Source: Octopus sinensis
Lineage: Eukaryota
NCBI RefSeq assembly: GCF_006345805.1
Contig: NC_043009.1
Span: 248,001-312,000 of the forward strand
Direction of reading: 5' to 3'
DNA: 64,000 bases
Below the pieces are notes generated by a model. It was not told where the DNA came from, did not search any database, and saw only the letters and a list, made by a program, of their open reading frames with translations. This document shows positions 12,947 through 27,010 of this stretch, piece by piece (positions within the stretch are counted from its first letter, which is position 1; every line of letters begins with the position of its first letter). Position numbers and translations under genes: made by a program.

Positions 12947-13322
12947 AGCCTCTCTCGACAACAAGACAAACAAAAATTTCGATGATTACCTACATGGTAA
13001 GCAAAGCGATAATGAGTGTTTTTTTTAAAACCGTTAGAAGAATTGACGTCAAAAATAGATAGTAGGAAGAGAAGGGATAAAGTAATAATAGGTAGGGAAC
13101 AAGTGGAGAGGGAAGGGTACGTTGATTGAAAGAATGTTCGAAGGCTTAGGAAAGAATTTCTCTATAGAAGTGGGGTGGACGTAAAGCTAATTGTTCAAAC
13201 CACAGTGACTATCGTTATTATTTATATGAGTAGAACGTGTGTTTCTGCCAGTGTTAACATTTGTATGAATTTTCTATGAGTGTGTTTACTAGGGGAACCT
13301 TAGAGAAAAGAATATGGAAGAG

Positions 13323-14633
13323 TTAAGAGTTACAAATGTTACAAAATCTCCTGCCCTTATCAAAAGGAAAGGATACAGACAGTATGAACCAATCTAACTT
13401 GAAAATTATATTGTTGTCTTTAAGACGCCAAACTAAGTTACTTAGCCCTGTACTATGTCGTTTTTTACTATCCCTGAATGTTGAATAGTGGTTTGAAATT
13501 CTCTTGGATAACTGGGAAGTGGAGGATGCTCCTATATAGAAGAAGACATCGGTACCGGAAGAAATTCTACACTGGTAAAAGAATTCTAATCTTAGAATTA
13601 CTAGACAAAAATTAAATTCTGTTGGGGTTGTCCTCCGAGATCGAAACGAAGTTTTTATTGTTATGATTGTTGTTACTATTATTATTAGCGCTAACAACTA
13701 CACTATTTCTATTATTATTAGTATTATTAATGGTATTACAACCAGTAATACCACCGACAATAATACCGTTATTGTTGTTACCATAAACACTACCATTGTT
13801 ATTAACACGACTTATACTATTATTAATATTATCATTGTTAACACTTTCGCTGCTACTAATGCTGTTACTATTAATACTATTCCTATTATTATGATTGTAT
13901 GATGGGTTGGAATTAGCAAGATTAGTGTTGGAACTCCCGGGTGAAGAATCTTTGTTTAGCAGCTTGGTATTGTGGGAAGATATAATTTGTGAAAGATTCC
14001 TAGTGTTAGAGAAAGCTATTCTGAGCTTGTGGGAATTGATAATAGAATGATATCTAGAATTTCTGGGAAAGTTCCTAGCAACGGCTTCACGGAACAGTAA
14101 GGGAAGTTTCGATTTAATTTGTTTTCGATTTAATTTGTTGGTTAAAGATGTCGACATTAGCAGATAATTTGGACAGTCTCAGAGATATGTTTTTAACTAA
14201 ATTATCGGTAATTGGCCTGGCATGATTACTGAAAATGCTAATATACTTAAGATTTGTGGAAGGTTTATGATAAGGGAAGTATGAGTTATTCTGCAAATTG
14301 AGGGTAATGTCAAAGAAGTTGGCTTTAGTTAATTCATCGTCAAAAACTATGCGCAAGCCCATTCTACTAAAAAACCTAACTAATCTGTTCTTAACCTTCT
14401 GCATTTTGGTTCGAAACGTTTTGGAGGTAAAGCAGACAATCGTCGCGATAAAGATCTCCACAGATGTCCGGGAATTGGTCGGCCATTTCATAAAGAATAT
14501 AAATTCCGACCAAATCGGCTATCTGGGCGCTGTCTGTACTTCCCATTAGTACATCAAACGCATTAGGGGTATCTCTACGGACCCACAACTTGCTATCGAA
14601 ATGGATGAAAGATTTCCTAGCAGTCAATATCAC
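13323..14633 (-). pseudogene. PLE reverse transcriptase + Asn-rich linker + GIY-YIG endonuclease (frameshifted)
   Basis: FDVLMGSTDSAQIADLVG...LYRDD (RT); NFFDITLNL..YHKP..SNH (thumb); FYQCRI..FYIGAS...KRISNHYSTFR...STGLS..VW (GIY-YIG). Confidence 0.85.
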
Positions 14634-14790
14634 ACTATTTTCCTCCCTGGAGAGGTCTGCCTTCTCTTCCTACTATCTATTTTTGACGTCAATTCTTCTA
14701 ACGGTTTAAAAAAAAAAACACTCATTATCGCTTTGTTTACCATGTAGGCAATCATCGAAATTTTTGTTTGTCTTGTTGTCGAGAGAGGCT

Positions 14791-14884
14791 CCCTTTCTTT
14801 CCTGATGAGAAGATTGCATAATGCACCCTTTATTCCTTTGGAATGAAAACATGCTGTCTTCGAAACATGTGTCGAGAGTAAAGG
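14791..14884 (+). ncRNA. Type I hammerhead ribozyme motif with branched helix II
   Basis: Helix I CCTTT-CTTTC/GAGAG-T-AAAGG; core CTGATGA 14802-14808; helix II GAAGA/TCTTC; GAAAC 14862-14866; GTC triplet 14871-14873. Confidence 0.8.
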
Positions 14885-14942
14885 AATTTTGTTAACATCT
14901 TCGTTCGACTCCATTCTTTCATTATATGTATATATATATATA

Positions 14943-15012
<70 letters not shown>

Positions 15013-15023
15013 TATATATAATG

Positions 15024-15058
<35 letters not shown>

Positions 15059-15075
15059 GCTATATATATATATAG

Positions 15076-15345
15076 TTAATCCAAACATGAAAACACAAAG
15101 AGAAAACACAACAACGCGAGGACGTGGAACAAATATAGTATTATTGGACGCTCAGGAAGGAAGCGAAGAAGGAGGGTTTAACGTTTCGAGCGGAGCTCTT
15201 CGTCGGAAACATAGAAGGGAAGATCCAGAGAAGGGAAGACAGAGAAAAAAATCGCCAACGGTACACACGCGGTCACATTTTGATATATATATGTATAGCC
15301 CCCAACCCACGGAATTAAACAAATATATACCCTCCACGGCAAACT
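15076..15345 (-). mobile_element. PLE-type pseudo-LTR fragment ending in (TA)n
   Basis: Non-coding, carries a hammerhead-like motif, and abuts (TA)n at 15075. Right boundary approximate. Confidence 0.5.
15176..15210 (-). ncRNA. Minimal hammerhead-like motif (CCGACGA core, loopless palindromic helix III)
   Basis: Minus strand: GTTT CCGACGA A GAGC TCC GCTC GAAAC GTT AAAC. Helix III AACGTT can form only intermolecularly. Confidence 0.55.
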
Positions 15346-15585
15346 AGGAGTAGATATTAGTTTTTTGTTCGTTTCTTTGTCTCGTTTGATTACATTTATT
15401 TGTTTATTATTATAGAAGCGGTGCGCAATCAAGTTGTCTATTCTAATAGATAAGACTCTGAGCCTAGTACTAACACGAAAATGTTAATGACAATTAGCCA
15501 AAACTCATGTCGGATCAGAGGAAATATTAACAATGATAAATAGTAAAAAATGAAAATAGTAATATCAGTTATGATGATGATGATG

Positions 15586-15618
<33 letters not shown>

Positions 15619-15632
15619 TAATAATAATAATA

Positions 15633-17216
<1,584 letters not shown>

Positions 17217-17229
17217 AAGGAAGCAGTTG

Positions 17230-19543
17230 GAATCTTCCCATCTAGATGATACATCTAGTGATGGTGTCACAATAAAAACACTGGAAATTACGCAACCTGA
17301 TAATCACTACCGCATATGAGTGACAATGAAAAAACAAAATATTGTAATAACGGTGGTAATGAAGCCCTTGATGGTAATGAAACTGAAGCCTTGATGGTGA
17401 CCGTGTTGCACCCGGCAGGCTCAGAAATACTGCTCGATGAGAAATATAGATTTTCTGGGAGAAGACAATAAAACTAATGGTGACATGGGCAAAGACAAGG
17501 AGCACAGGAAGTATGCTGAATGGTTGCAAGAACTGAAACAAACAGTAGTCTGTCCACAACAAGCGGAACTAGTCTTTTCAGTTAGGGAAGTGAAGGAAAT
17601 CAGCAAAAAAAATGGGCAAGTGGAAGGCCCCAGGACAAGATGGATTTCAAGGCTACCGGATCAAAAGATTGGTGAATGTCATGCACGAATAGCTGCACAA
17701 CTCAACACCTTGTTAGATGCCGACCAACTAACACCAGAGTGGATGGCAGTGGTTAGGACAATGCTGTGCATGGAAAACATCGAAAAAGGCTATACGGTAG
17801 ACAATTACAGGCCGATATCCTGTTTGCCACTTATGTGGAAATTATTGACTGAAAGAGTCGCAGAGTCAATGTACGGATATCTGGAAAAAATGAAGTCGTC
17901 CTGCCACATGAACAGAAGGAGTGCAAGCGTAAGTGCAGAGGTACTAAGGATCAACTCCTGGTAGACAAAACTGTACTTAGCGACTGCAAGAGGAGGAAAA
18001 CTAACTTAGCCATGGCATGGATCGATTATCGTAAGGCATACGATATGATCCCACATTCTTGGATTATGGAATGCATGAACTTATTTGGTATTGCATCGAA
18101 TGTTATGCGATTGCTCGGAAAAAGTATGGCGAAATGGATGACGGAACAAACAGCATATGGACGAAGTTTAGGGATGACCTCAAACTTTATGGTAAAGATG
18201 AATCTCAAGTAAGTTCCCTCGGTGATATCAGAATGGAGTTCGGACTGAGAAAGTGTGGTGTGTTAATCTTGAAGAGCGGCAAAATTAAATGTATGGAAGG
18301 ATTAGCGATACCGTCGGGGAAGATTATGAGACTTGCTATACGTACTTGGAGATATTGGAAATGGATAAATTGATGGAGAAAGAAATGACAGAAAAATATA
18401 AGGTGAAGTACTTGCGAAGATTAAGATTGATTCTTAAGTCGAAATTAAAAGGACAGAATAAGATTGAAGCTATCAACACCTGGGCTGTTTCACTCCTTAG
18501 ATATGCAGCAGGGTTTAATCGCATGGACAGTAGACGAACTAAACAGCTTAAACAGAAAGACAAGGAAGTTTCTGACTAGATATGCGTCCCTCCACCCAAA
18601 ACGTGATACAGACAGACTGTATGTACCAAGAAAAAGAGGGGGAAGAGGACTGATTGGATTCGAACACAGGGTTAGAGCAGAAGAAAACAACATAGCATGA
18701 TATGTAAAAAAATGTCACAGAACCGCTATTATTGGAAGTAAGAAGGTCAGGCTTGCGTAAGATGGAAGATTGCAAAGATAAGGTAGTGTACAAACACTTG
18801 AGAATGAATGAAACTGAAAATAGGTGGGTAAAGAAAAGAATGCATGGACAATTTCATAGGGAAGTTGAAGATAAGAGAGACGGAGAAAAAGGATGGCTAT
18901 ATGGATGACTAAAAGTGATTTAAAACCGGAGACAGAGGCTCTATACAAAATTTGTGGATAAAATGGTGAAACCGTATAACACATTACCAGTCAATGTACG
19001 CCACTAGCCCAGAAAGAATATCAGAGACGTCATGCTAACATAGTAAGAATTGTCCATTGGACACTTTGCAAAAAGTATGGACTTGACAAAGCAAAGAAGT
19101 GGTATGAATATAAACCCGAAGGCATCATCGAAATCATAATGCAAAGATCGTATGGGATTTTATGATTCAGTGCAAACACGAGATTGTGTTAATTGAGAAA
19201 GAAAGCAAACTATGGATCATAGATATAACATGCCCAGCTGACAACAAGGTATACAATAAGGAAGAAAGAAAAGTCTATAGATATGACAGGTTAGCTTGGG
19301 AGATTAAGCAATTCTGAGCGCTTAAAAGGATGGTAGTAGTACCAATAAATGTCGGAGTCCTGGGAATAGAGAGTAAAATATTGAGAAGCACATGGAACAA
19401 ATAGGGGCTCCAATAAGGGTGGAGCACTTGCAGAAAAACAGCACTTCTTGGAACCCATCGAATACACAGGATGGTGCAGGAAAAATAAGGGGCATTACCT
19501 TAGTTCATTGGTAGTGAACAACTGACGCAGTAATACATCTCCA
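17230..19543 (+). mobile_element. R4/Dong subfamily B, long degenerate copy
   Basis: ORF pieces [54 protein letters not shown]. 3'UTR homologous to 9315-9372. 5' boundary approximate. Confidence 0.8.
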
Positions 19544-19708
19544 GAGTTCTGAGTTCAAATTCCGCTGAGGTCGACTTTGCTTTCATCCTTTCGGGGTCTA
19601 TAAATAAAGTACCAGTTATGCACTGGGGTCGATGTAATCGACTTAATCCCTTTGTTTGTCCGTGTTTGTCCCCTCTATGTTTATCCTCTTGTGGGCAATA
19701 AAGAAATA
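19544..19708 (+). mobile_element. tRNA-derived SINE family S1 (5'-truncated)
   Basis: B-box GAGTTCAAATTCC then the body seen in other copies (20279, 22022, 42890, 49230). Confidence 0.8.
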
Positions 19709-19721
19709 TATATATATATAC

Positions 19722-20608
19722 ACGAGCAAAACGGCCCCCGTCCAATGGACGGTGCTGAGTTGTCAAACAACTTGTCTGACCGTCCCATAGGCCTCCCCTT
19801 TGAGAAACACTGATTTAACCTAAATTGAAACACCAGCAAAAGAAGAAATAAAGATCGACTTTTTTCTATTCCAAAGAAAAACGATTTTATTCATACAAAT
19901 ATGCGACCGAAGAGTTTAATGTAGCAGTAATGATAAGGCTGTTGACTAGGAGAACACTAACATGGTTTAAACAGTAAGCTTGGCAGAAAAGAAACGTGCC
20001 TTTAAGCAGTACAAAAACAAAAAAAATGGAAGGTGCAGTTATGTACAGGTTGGCATCTTACTTTTTTGCTCTCTTAAGTATACTGCATTTTGTGGCATTA
20101 TTTCAAGCCAGCCGGGCTTTTTTGCGCAAACTGCACGTGCATCTTTCTCGCGTGCGCGTAGTATCGATCGCAACAGCTGATGTATTTGCGCGTTCAAATG
20201 CACGTTCCCACGGTTTTATCGATCGCATTCTCACTTGGAATCGATTTTTGTAATTTTTTCAAGACTTATACACGCCCTGATACCTATTTCTTTATTACCC
20301 ACGAGGGGCTAAACATAGAGGGGACAAACAAGGACAGACATAGGTATTAAGTCGATTACATCGACCCCAGTGCGTAACTGGTGCTTAATTTATCGACCCC
20401 GAAAGGATGAAAGGCAAAGTCGACCTCGGCGGAATTTGAACTCACAACGTAACGGCAGACGAAATACCGCAAAGCATTTCGCCCGGCGTGCTAACGCTTC
20501 TGCCAGCTCGCCGCCTGATACCGTCGCTATCTACATATCAAATTTGAGCGCAATCGGATGGAGGATGCCCGAGATCCTAGAAGACACACACACAGACAGA
20601 CAGAACGG

Positions 20609-20620
<12 letters not shown>
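19722..20620 (-). mobile_element. Non-autonomous Helitron-like element (SINE inserted inside)
   Basis: Minus 5' end TATATAAAATCCGTTCTGTCTGTCTGT...CCGATTGCGCTCAAATTTG resembles Lep1/DINE-type Helitrons. 3' hairpin CCGTCC-ATT-GGACGG precedes TTTTGCTCGT; the same 3' end recurs at 38645-38763. Confidence 0.5.
20279..20515 (-). mobile_element. Full-length tRNA-derived SINE S1 with short TSD
   Basis: Head GGCGGCGAGCTGGCAGAAGCGTTAGC plus B-box. Direct repeat CCTGATACC at 20276-20284 and 20514-20522. Confidence 0.85.
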
Positions 20621-20649
<29 letters not shown>

Positions 20650-20989
20650 GCACACATATTCACATACACACACACTCGCATACACACATGCACACACATA
20701 TCTACATATGTATGAATGTACGCACATATTCATGTGTGTGTGTGTAAAGAATATGAGTGGTTTAGTTCACTGATAATCTAAATTAATAGGTACGCTAAGT
20801 GCTATAATTGGTCATCCTTTAGGTTCCAGGTTCACAGCCGAGGCTGCAGCTAGGGATCCGTATTAGGCTTCCGTGTTAGCAGGTATATATTAGACGAAAA
20901 AGACAGCAAAGACCAAGGCGGGACGAGTATCGCAAGTCATTTATAATAAGTCGTTTATAATATAATCAAATTATTATAATTGACTTGGG

Positions 20990-22020
20990 ATACTCATCTT
21001 GATTTGGTTTTTGTTGTCCTTTTCCTCTAATATACATATAATACATTTTATTAAGAATTTCCCTGGGACATTCTACCAATACTCCTTTTTATTATAAGTG
21101 GCGATGGCTTCTACCATATTGTGGATTCACATTTCTTTATTCTCAAGGTTATCCTCCCGACGGGTTTCATTATAGTTTACAACATCATGTTTCATCGGTA
21201 AATAATACCATGATGACATTTTTCGAATAACTGCTTATGATGTGGGTGATATCTTTAGTGTGAACTCCACAAAGTCTGCATCGGTTGTCACATTTTACTG
21301 CTTTTCGCATCTCTATCCCTTTTGTGCATCAGCTATTTGATTGATATTTCCTGTTCCTGGATTGCAAACGCAAATCCTTCAAAGTGGGGAGTAGTAATCC
21401 ATGACAGACTGCTTTGATGATCGATGTTATTATCAACTCGGAGCTTTCTACTAACAAACATATCCATGCATAGTCTTTTGCTCATATATACTTATCCTTT
21501 CATCTGATGATACGTTGCAGTAGAGTGGTGCAACTTCTCTGGGCATGTATTTAAGGTTATCAGACAAGGAATGCTGCTCAAGCAGATGCCTTCCAAGTCT
21601 TATGTTATCAGCTTCATGTATGCAAATTTGGTCAAGGGATGCACTTCGACACTTTGAGTTTAAAAGAGGTTGCCGAAGGGATATGATACGACATTCAAAG
21701 GCACCTTGGATCAATCTTAAGTCCCTGCCGCCTTGTTTTCGATTTAGGTAGAGGCGGTCTACGTCACTGTTTATGTGGAAATTATGTGTGCTTGTTAGTA
21801 TTTTCCGGATTTTCACATCAATGACTCGGATTTCATCGAGTGTCAAATCAAGCAGCCCAAATGTTTGTATGAGTACTAGCACCGCAAACATAATGTGGGC
21901 CACTATTTTACTGAATGCTGAGAGTTCTGATGTCCAATATATTTTAATTTGACGGTAATATTCTTTAGTGACACGTGTTTTGTTACATTTGGCATTGTAA
22001 GATATGTTTTCATCCACCCC
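20990..22020 (-). mobile_element. Degenerate R4-clade retrotransposon fragment
   Basis: ORF 21451-22017 KEYYRQIK..SELSAFSKI...IDVKIRKILT..HINSDVDRLYLNRKQGGR; knuckle remnants downstream. Confidence 0.75.
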
Positions 22021-22021
22021 T

Positions 22022-22424
22022 AGATACCTATTTCTTTACTACCCACTAGGGGCTAAGCACAGAGAGGACAAACAAAGGACAGACAAACGGATTAAGTCGA
22101 TTATATCGACCCCAGTGCGTAACTGATACTTAATTTATCGACCCCGAAAGGATGAAAGGCAAAGTCGACCTCGGCGGAATTTAAACTCAGAACGTAGCGG
22201 CAGACGAAATACCTATTTCTTTACTACCTACAAGAGGCTAAACACAGAGAGGACAAACGGATTAAGTCGATTATATCGACCCCAGTGCATAACTGGTACT
22301 TAATTTATCGAACCCGAAAGGACGAAAGGCAAAGTCGACCTCGGCGGAATTTGAACTCGCAACGTAACGACAGACGAAATACGGTTACGCATTTCGCCCG
22401 GCGTGCTAACATTTCTGCCAGCTC
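22022..22424 (-). mobile_element. Two adjacent SINE S1 copies (one truncated)
   Basis: Body repeated at 22022-22210 and 22206-22424, joined at GAAATAC microhomology. Confidence 0.8.
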
Positions 22425-22448
22425 AACGTTCCTCATCAGATATAGGGG

Positions 22449-22481
<33 letters not shown>

Positions 22482-22693
22482 TGTATGTATGTATGTATGT
22501 ATGTATGTATGTATGTATGTATGTATGTATGTATGCATGCATGTCTACAGCTATTATTGGATCATATTAACTACCAGCAATTACCAGCAGACACTGATGC
22601 ACCGAGGTTTAACAAAGAATAAGTACTAGGGTCAATTCATTCGGCTAAATATTCTTCAAGGTGATTGTCCTGCAGGGCCGGCTGCAGTCTGAT

Positions 22694-22732
<39 letters not shown>

Positions 22733-24099
22733 TAATAGGATTAATAGGTTTCGTGCGTTAGTACTTACTACAGTTTTGTAAGCGCTAATGCACGAAACTT
22801 TCGGACCTTGAGTCACTCTGTTGCTTCTGCAAAATACCAATAAATAAATATGTGTGTGTGTGTGTGTGTGTGGTGTGTGTGTGTGTGTGTGTGTGTGTAA
22901 ATACACTCACACACACACGCACGTACACAGAATAATTCTGCCAGTTATTTGCTTTAAAACTCATGCATCTCATCACCAGTTTCATCGGATCTTCAAAGCT
23001 TGTGTAAGTCGTTTGAGAGACCAAGAGTCTCCTTCACGGAGATGACGAGGCGCTTGTAGCGAAATACGAATCTCCAACCGGAAGCTACTGTCTCCACATC
23101 CTATCGATTCCTCTCCCAATAATTTCAAGTTAAGTTAGATTCTGATACAAATGGTGCAGGCAAAATACACACACACACACACACACACATATACATACAT
23201 ACATACATACATACATACATACATACATACATACATACATACATACATACATACATACATACGTATATATATATAAAAGCTACCCTTCGAGCGACAACGC
23301 GATACGGGCTCAATTACAGTTGAAGTCAATTCGCTTGTTTTACGTCACTAAAGATTTAGGTCAAGCTGTGGATATTGTCATCATAACAGTCCATTTACGT
23401 TCTTTGCAAATAATGGGATTTGTACCCAGACAAAAGGAATCTGACCTTTTTGCACTTAATATTAACCAATCGAATCAGGATATCATGACTGAATTAATTC
23501 CTCTCTTTCTCTGTCTCTCCTTCTGTCTGTGCAATTCCTTCCTCCCTATTTTTAACCTTCGTAATCTCTCTCCATCTTCTTCTCATCCTCCCTCCTTTCC
23601 CTGTCTTACCCTGTCATATTGCCGTCATATATTTAGAGAGAAATTCGATCGGAAAGCAAGAACGAAACGAGATCAACTAATTGGTTCGATTGATACATGA
23701 GTACTTCAGAGAGAAGGGGGAAAGAACAGAGAGAGAGAGAGAGAGGAGGAGGAGAGGAGAGAGATGGAGAGGGAGAGATGGAGAGGGATGGAGAGAGGGA
23801 GAGGGAGAGGGAGGGAGTAAGTGAGTGAGTGGGAGAGAAGGAAAGATAGATAGATGGAGAAAGGATGAAAGAGAGAGAGACAATGACAGAGAGAAATCCG
23901 GAGACAGAGAAAAAGATAGAATGTGTTTGAAAGTTGAGGGCGCTTTTCCTCTCTCACTTAATCATAGACACAGTGGGAAAGAGAGAGAGAGAGACAGACA
24001 GACAGAGAGACAGACAGACAGACTGACACACAGAAACAAAGAGCGATAAAGGGAAAAAGAGAAAAAGAGGGGCGGAGACAAAGAGAATATGTGTAAGAG

Positions 24100-24121
24100 A
24101 TAGATAGATAGATAGATAGAC

Positions 24122-24157
<36 letters not shown>

Positions 24158-24158
24158 G

Positions 24159-24201
<43 letters not shown>

Positions 24202-24219
24202 TGATATATATATATATAT

Positions 24220-24257
<38 letters not shown>

Positions 24258-24290
24258 TATATATATATATATATTATATATATATATAAT

Positions 24291-24350
<60 letters not shown>

Positions 24351-24375
24351 TTAGGTAGATAGATAGACAGACAGA
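24100..24375. repeat. (GATA)n compound microsatellite
   Basis: Directly visible, with interspersed (TA)n. Confidence 0.95.
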
Positions 24376-24392
24376 AAGTCACATAAATAGAC

Positions 24393-24446
<54 letters not shown>

Positions 24447-24549
24447 ATTCAGGGTGAGTACTTGATAATTGTAAGCACCTGTATATACCGTTTGTGGTGT
24501 AGGTGCTGGAGTAAATTAATCAAAATAAAAACATGATGCCAAGGATTCA

Positions 24550-24627
24550 GCGGTACATATGTTTCGGGCCTTTATTAGACGGATTTGTAACAATGCATAA
24601 TGTGTGTCTATGGCCTTCTTCAGCCGC
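24550..24627 (-). ncRNA. Type I hammerhead ribozyme motif
   Basis: Minus: GCGG CTGAAGA A GGCC..TAGAC...GTCTA..GGCC C GAAAC ATAT GTA CCGC. Helix I 4 bp; helix III ACATATGT is palindromic. Confidence 0.7.
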
Positions 24628-24775
24628 GCACAATTACTACCTCAAGAACATGTATTATCATCAAAAATCTACGTTGGGATGCAAATCCTCTCATTCGCGT
24701 ACGACATAATGCGGCAACAGCACAAAATGAAGCGTCCATCTCGTCCTTCTCTCAATGTAGAATGGGGAAGTTTGG

Positions 24776-24916
24776 ATGTTGAGGTAATATAAATAAATGA
24801 ATAAATAAATATATGCATATATAAATACAGAGAGACGTGAAGGAACCTCCTTCACGTCTGTCTTTATTTATATATGTATATATTTATTTATTCATTTATT
24901 TATATTACCTCAACAT
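24776..24916. repeat. Fold-back hairpin, ~69-bp arms, 3-nt loop (24845-24847)
   Basis: ATGTTGAGGTAATATAAATAAATGAAT...GACGTGAAGGA acc TCCTTCACGTC...ATTACCTCAACAT. Confidence 0.9.
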
Positions 24917-25099
24917 TAGGGTCTTTATTCATTTGCCCGTGAAAACTTGTGGTTTGCTATGTCAACATGCTGGTACTGCTAGCTAGTACCCTTAATTATT
25001 AATTGATATTTTATATCATTATAGGTTTTTACGCATGCTAAACCACTGATTTTGTAAATAATATCCTATCCTCATATATATTCAAATAATCCTTATTCA

Positions 25100-27010
25100 C
25101 TTTACTCTTTTACTCTTTTACTTTCGAAGGTGTCTTCAGCTCTGGTGTTGGGTGCATGTCTTCTTTCTTCTGTTCCCTGGCCTCTTCGATGTCTCGTCAG
25201 CGAGTGTCAGCCGGTGACTGACTGCCTTGTCAAATTTTTCCCTTTAAATACCTGCCGCAAGGCTCCAGCAGGCAGCCCCAGCAAGTTGTCACGTGACACT
25301 GTCTCAACTTGACTGATTAGTGAAGGCGCGTAGTTTTAGCCCGCGCTTTTTCTAAACGACCGTCACCTGTCAGTCAGCTTGTCTCACCTAATGATGTTAT
25401 TTCCCATCGGCATGTTTATGACTTTCAAGCCATTTTCGGTCTTCCCGCTTCAGCCATATATAGAAGCTGGCTTTTCGACCGCCTCCTGTACTCTCCTTAT
25501 TAGTTTACGCAGCTCGGGGCTAGAAAAAACAAATCTTTTGAAAAGCGTTGTCATTTTCTTTTCAATGAAGCCTCTAGCCCCCTCTGCCAAGTGATAATAT
25601 TCGACATTCCATCCCTGTTCTCTGCATTCTTCGATTAGCTTTTCATACCTCTTCTCCTTTCGTTCCTCTACATTGCCGATGTTCTCTTCCCAAGGTACTG
25701 TCAGTTCTAGTAAAATTCCCATTCTCCGGTCTCTGTTCCATAGAACTAAATCAGGTCTTTTTGTTGTTTTTATTAGTGAAAATATTACTTGTCTTTCCAA
25801 GTCCGTGGCCACCTCCCAGTATCCCTTCCATCTTTCGTCTATCTCGTATACTTTACTTGTAGGCCTGGTTTTACAACTTTTTCCCTCCTTGTGGAAGTAG
25901 ACTTTCCTGCGCTTTTCTATTTTTGGGTACTCTCCCCTATTGTACCTCTCGATCTTATCCTTGAGTGCTGCGCTTATGACGCCGAGGTCTTGATTATGCT
26001 GCCATGTATATCTTTCAAGTGCTAGTCTGCAACTTGACAGAACATGTCTAACCGTCGCTTTCTCTCCGCATCTACACTCGTCGGTTGTTTTTATGTTCCA
26101 CCGGACTAAGTTCGCCGGTGAGGGTAGAACGTCGAAAGTAGACTTGATCAGGAAGGATGTTCTTGCTTGTTCCCAAGCCCAAAGTTCCTTCCATGATATT
26201 CTGTGGTTGATCACATATTCCTACCATCTCAGGCACTGTCCCTGTTGACTGCATTGCACCAAATGTACATTTCGCCTTTCTTCTTCCTCCTTTCCCACTT
26301 AGTATACCACTGCCTCTTTCATCTCTTTTACACTGCTCTTGCAAAATGGCCTGAAGTTTTGCGACCCTAGGCCGGTTCTAGCTTCTTGCGTCGCTCCGAC
26401 TATATCTGCGTGCCTTAGTTTTTCGATCGCCCTGTTTACTGCCTCTTCCGAGTTCCGTTTCCTCCCTGTTCGTACCTTTGGAGGGTTTTCCCGGATGCTC
26501 TGATCTTTTGAATACCTTAGCATCATTACTGTCCTTGCCTTTCCTGCCTTATATTCTTCGGCGATTGATTTTATTGGTAGTTGCAGCACGGGTTTTCCAT
26601 ATAGTGCAGTTGTATTCAGTGGTTTCGGCAGACCAAGCCATTTTCTGATAAATACACTGCATCTTTGCTCCATCCTTTCTACTCTACTCGAGGCTATTTC
26701 GTACATTTGCAATGGCCACATTATTCTTGGGTACAGCCCAAATTGCAGTATCCAACATTTGAATTTTCCCGGCAGCGTTGTTCTGTCAATTGCCTTTAAT
26801 CCTTATTCTACTAACTCGTGCGTTTCTTTCCCTTGATTCTTATCATTTAATAAATCTCTATACCATCTGCCGAGATTCTTTACTGGTTGTTCTTTCACCG
26901 TTGGTATGTCTTCACTTCCTATCCTAAATTTCACTTCTTCTTGCATTCCTTTCACGAAAGCCACGCTTCGAGATATTTTGGCTTTGAATTTCATCCTTGC
27001 CCATTCTATC
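25100..27010 (-). mobile_element. Hero-clade REL non-LTR retrotransposon, 5'-truncated, with 3'UTR and (GTAAAAGA)n tail
   Basis: ORFs 26803-27024, 26299-26721 and 25450-26214: DVLPSPANLVRW, CRCGEKATVRHVLSSC, RYTWQHNQ, RPDLVLW..LELTVPWEE..RKEKRY. Confidence 0.8.

Larger units (their letters stand above)
12636..14925 (-). mobile_element. Penelope-like element (Neptune-like), 5'-truncated, with inverted pseudo-LTR, embedded in (TA)n
   Basis: RT and GIY-YIG remnants on the minus strand; 261-bp inverted repeat 12815-13075 / 14660-14922; (TA)n on both sides. Confidence 0.85.

Noticed and set aside
23036-23076. Hammerhead-like GGAGATGACGAG...GCGAAATACGAATCTCC
   Set aside because: C3 is missing, helix II is poor, and there is no NUH triplet in register with helix I; at most a relic.
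25180-25210. CTGACGA GACATC GAAG in the Hero 3'UTR
   Set aside because: GAAA is replaced by GAAG and no helix II or III forms; chance match.
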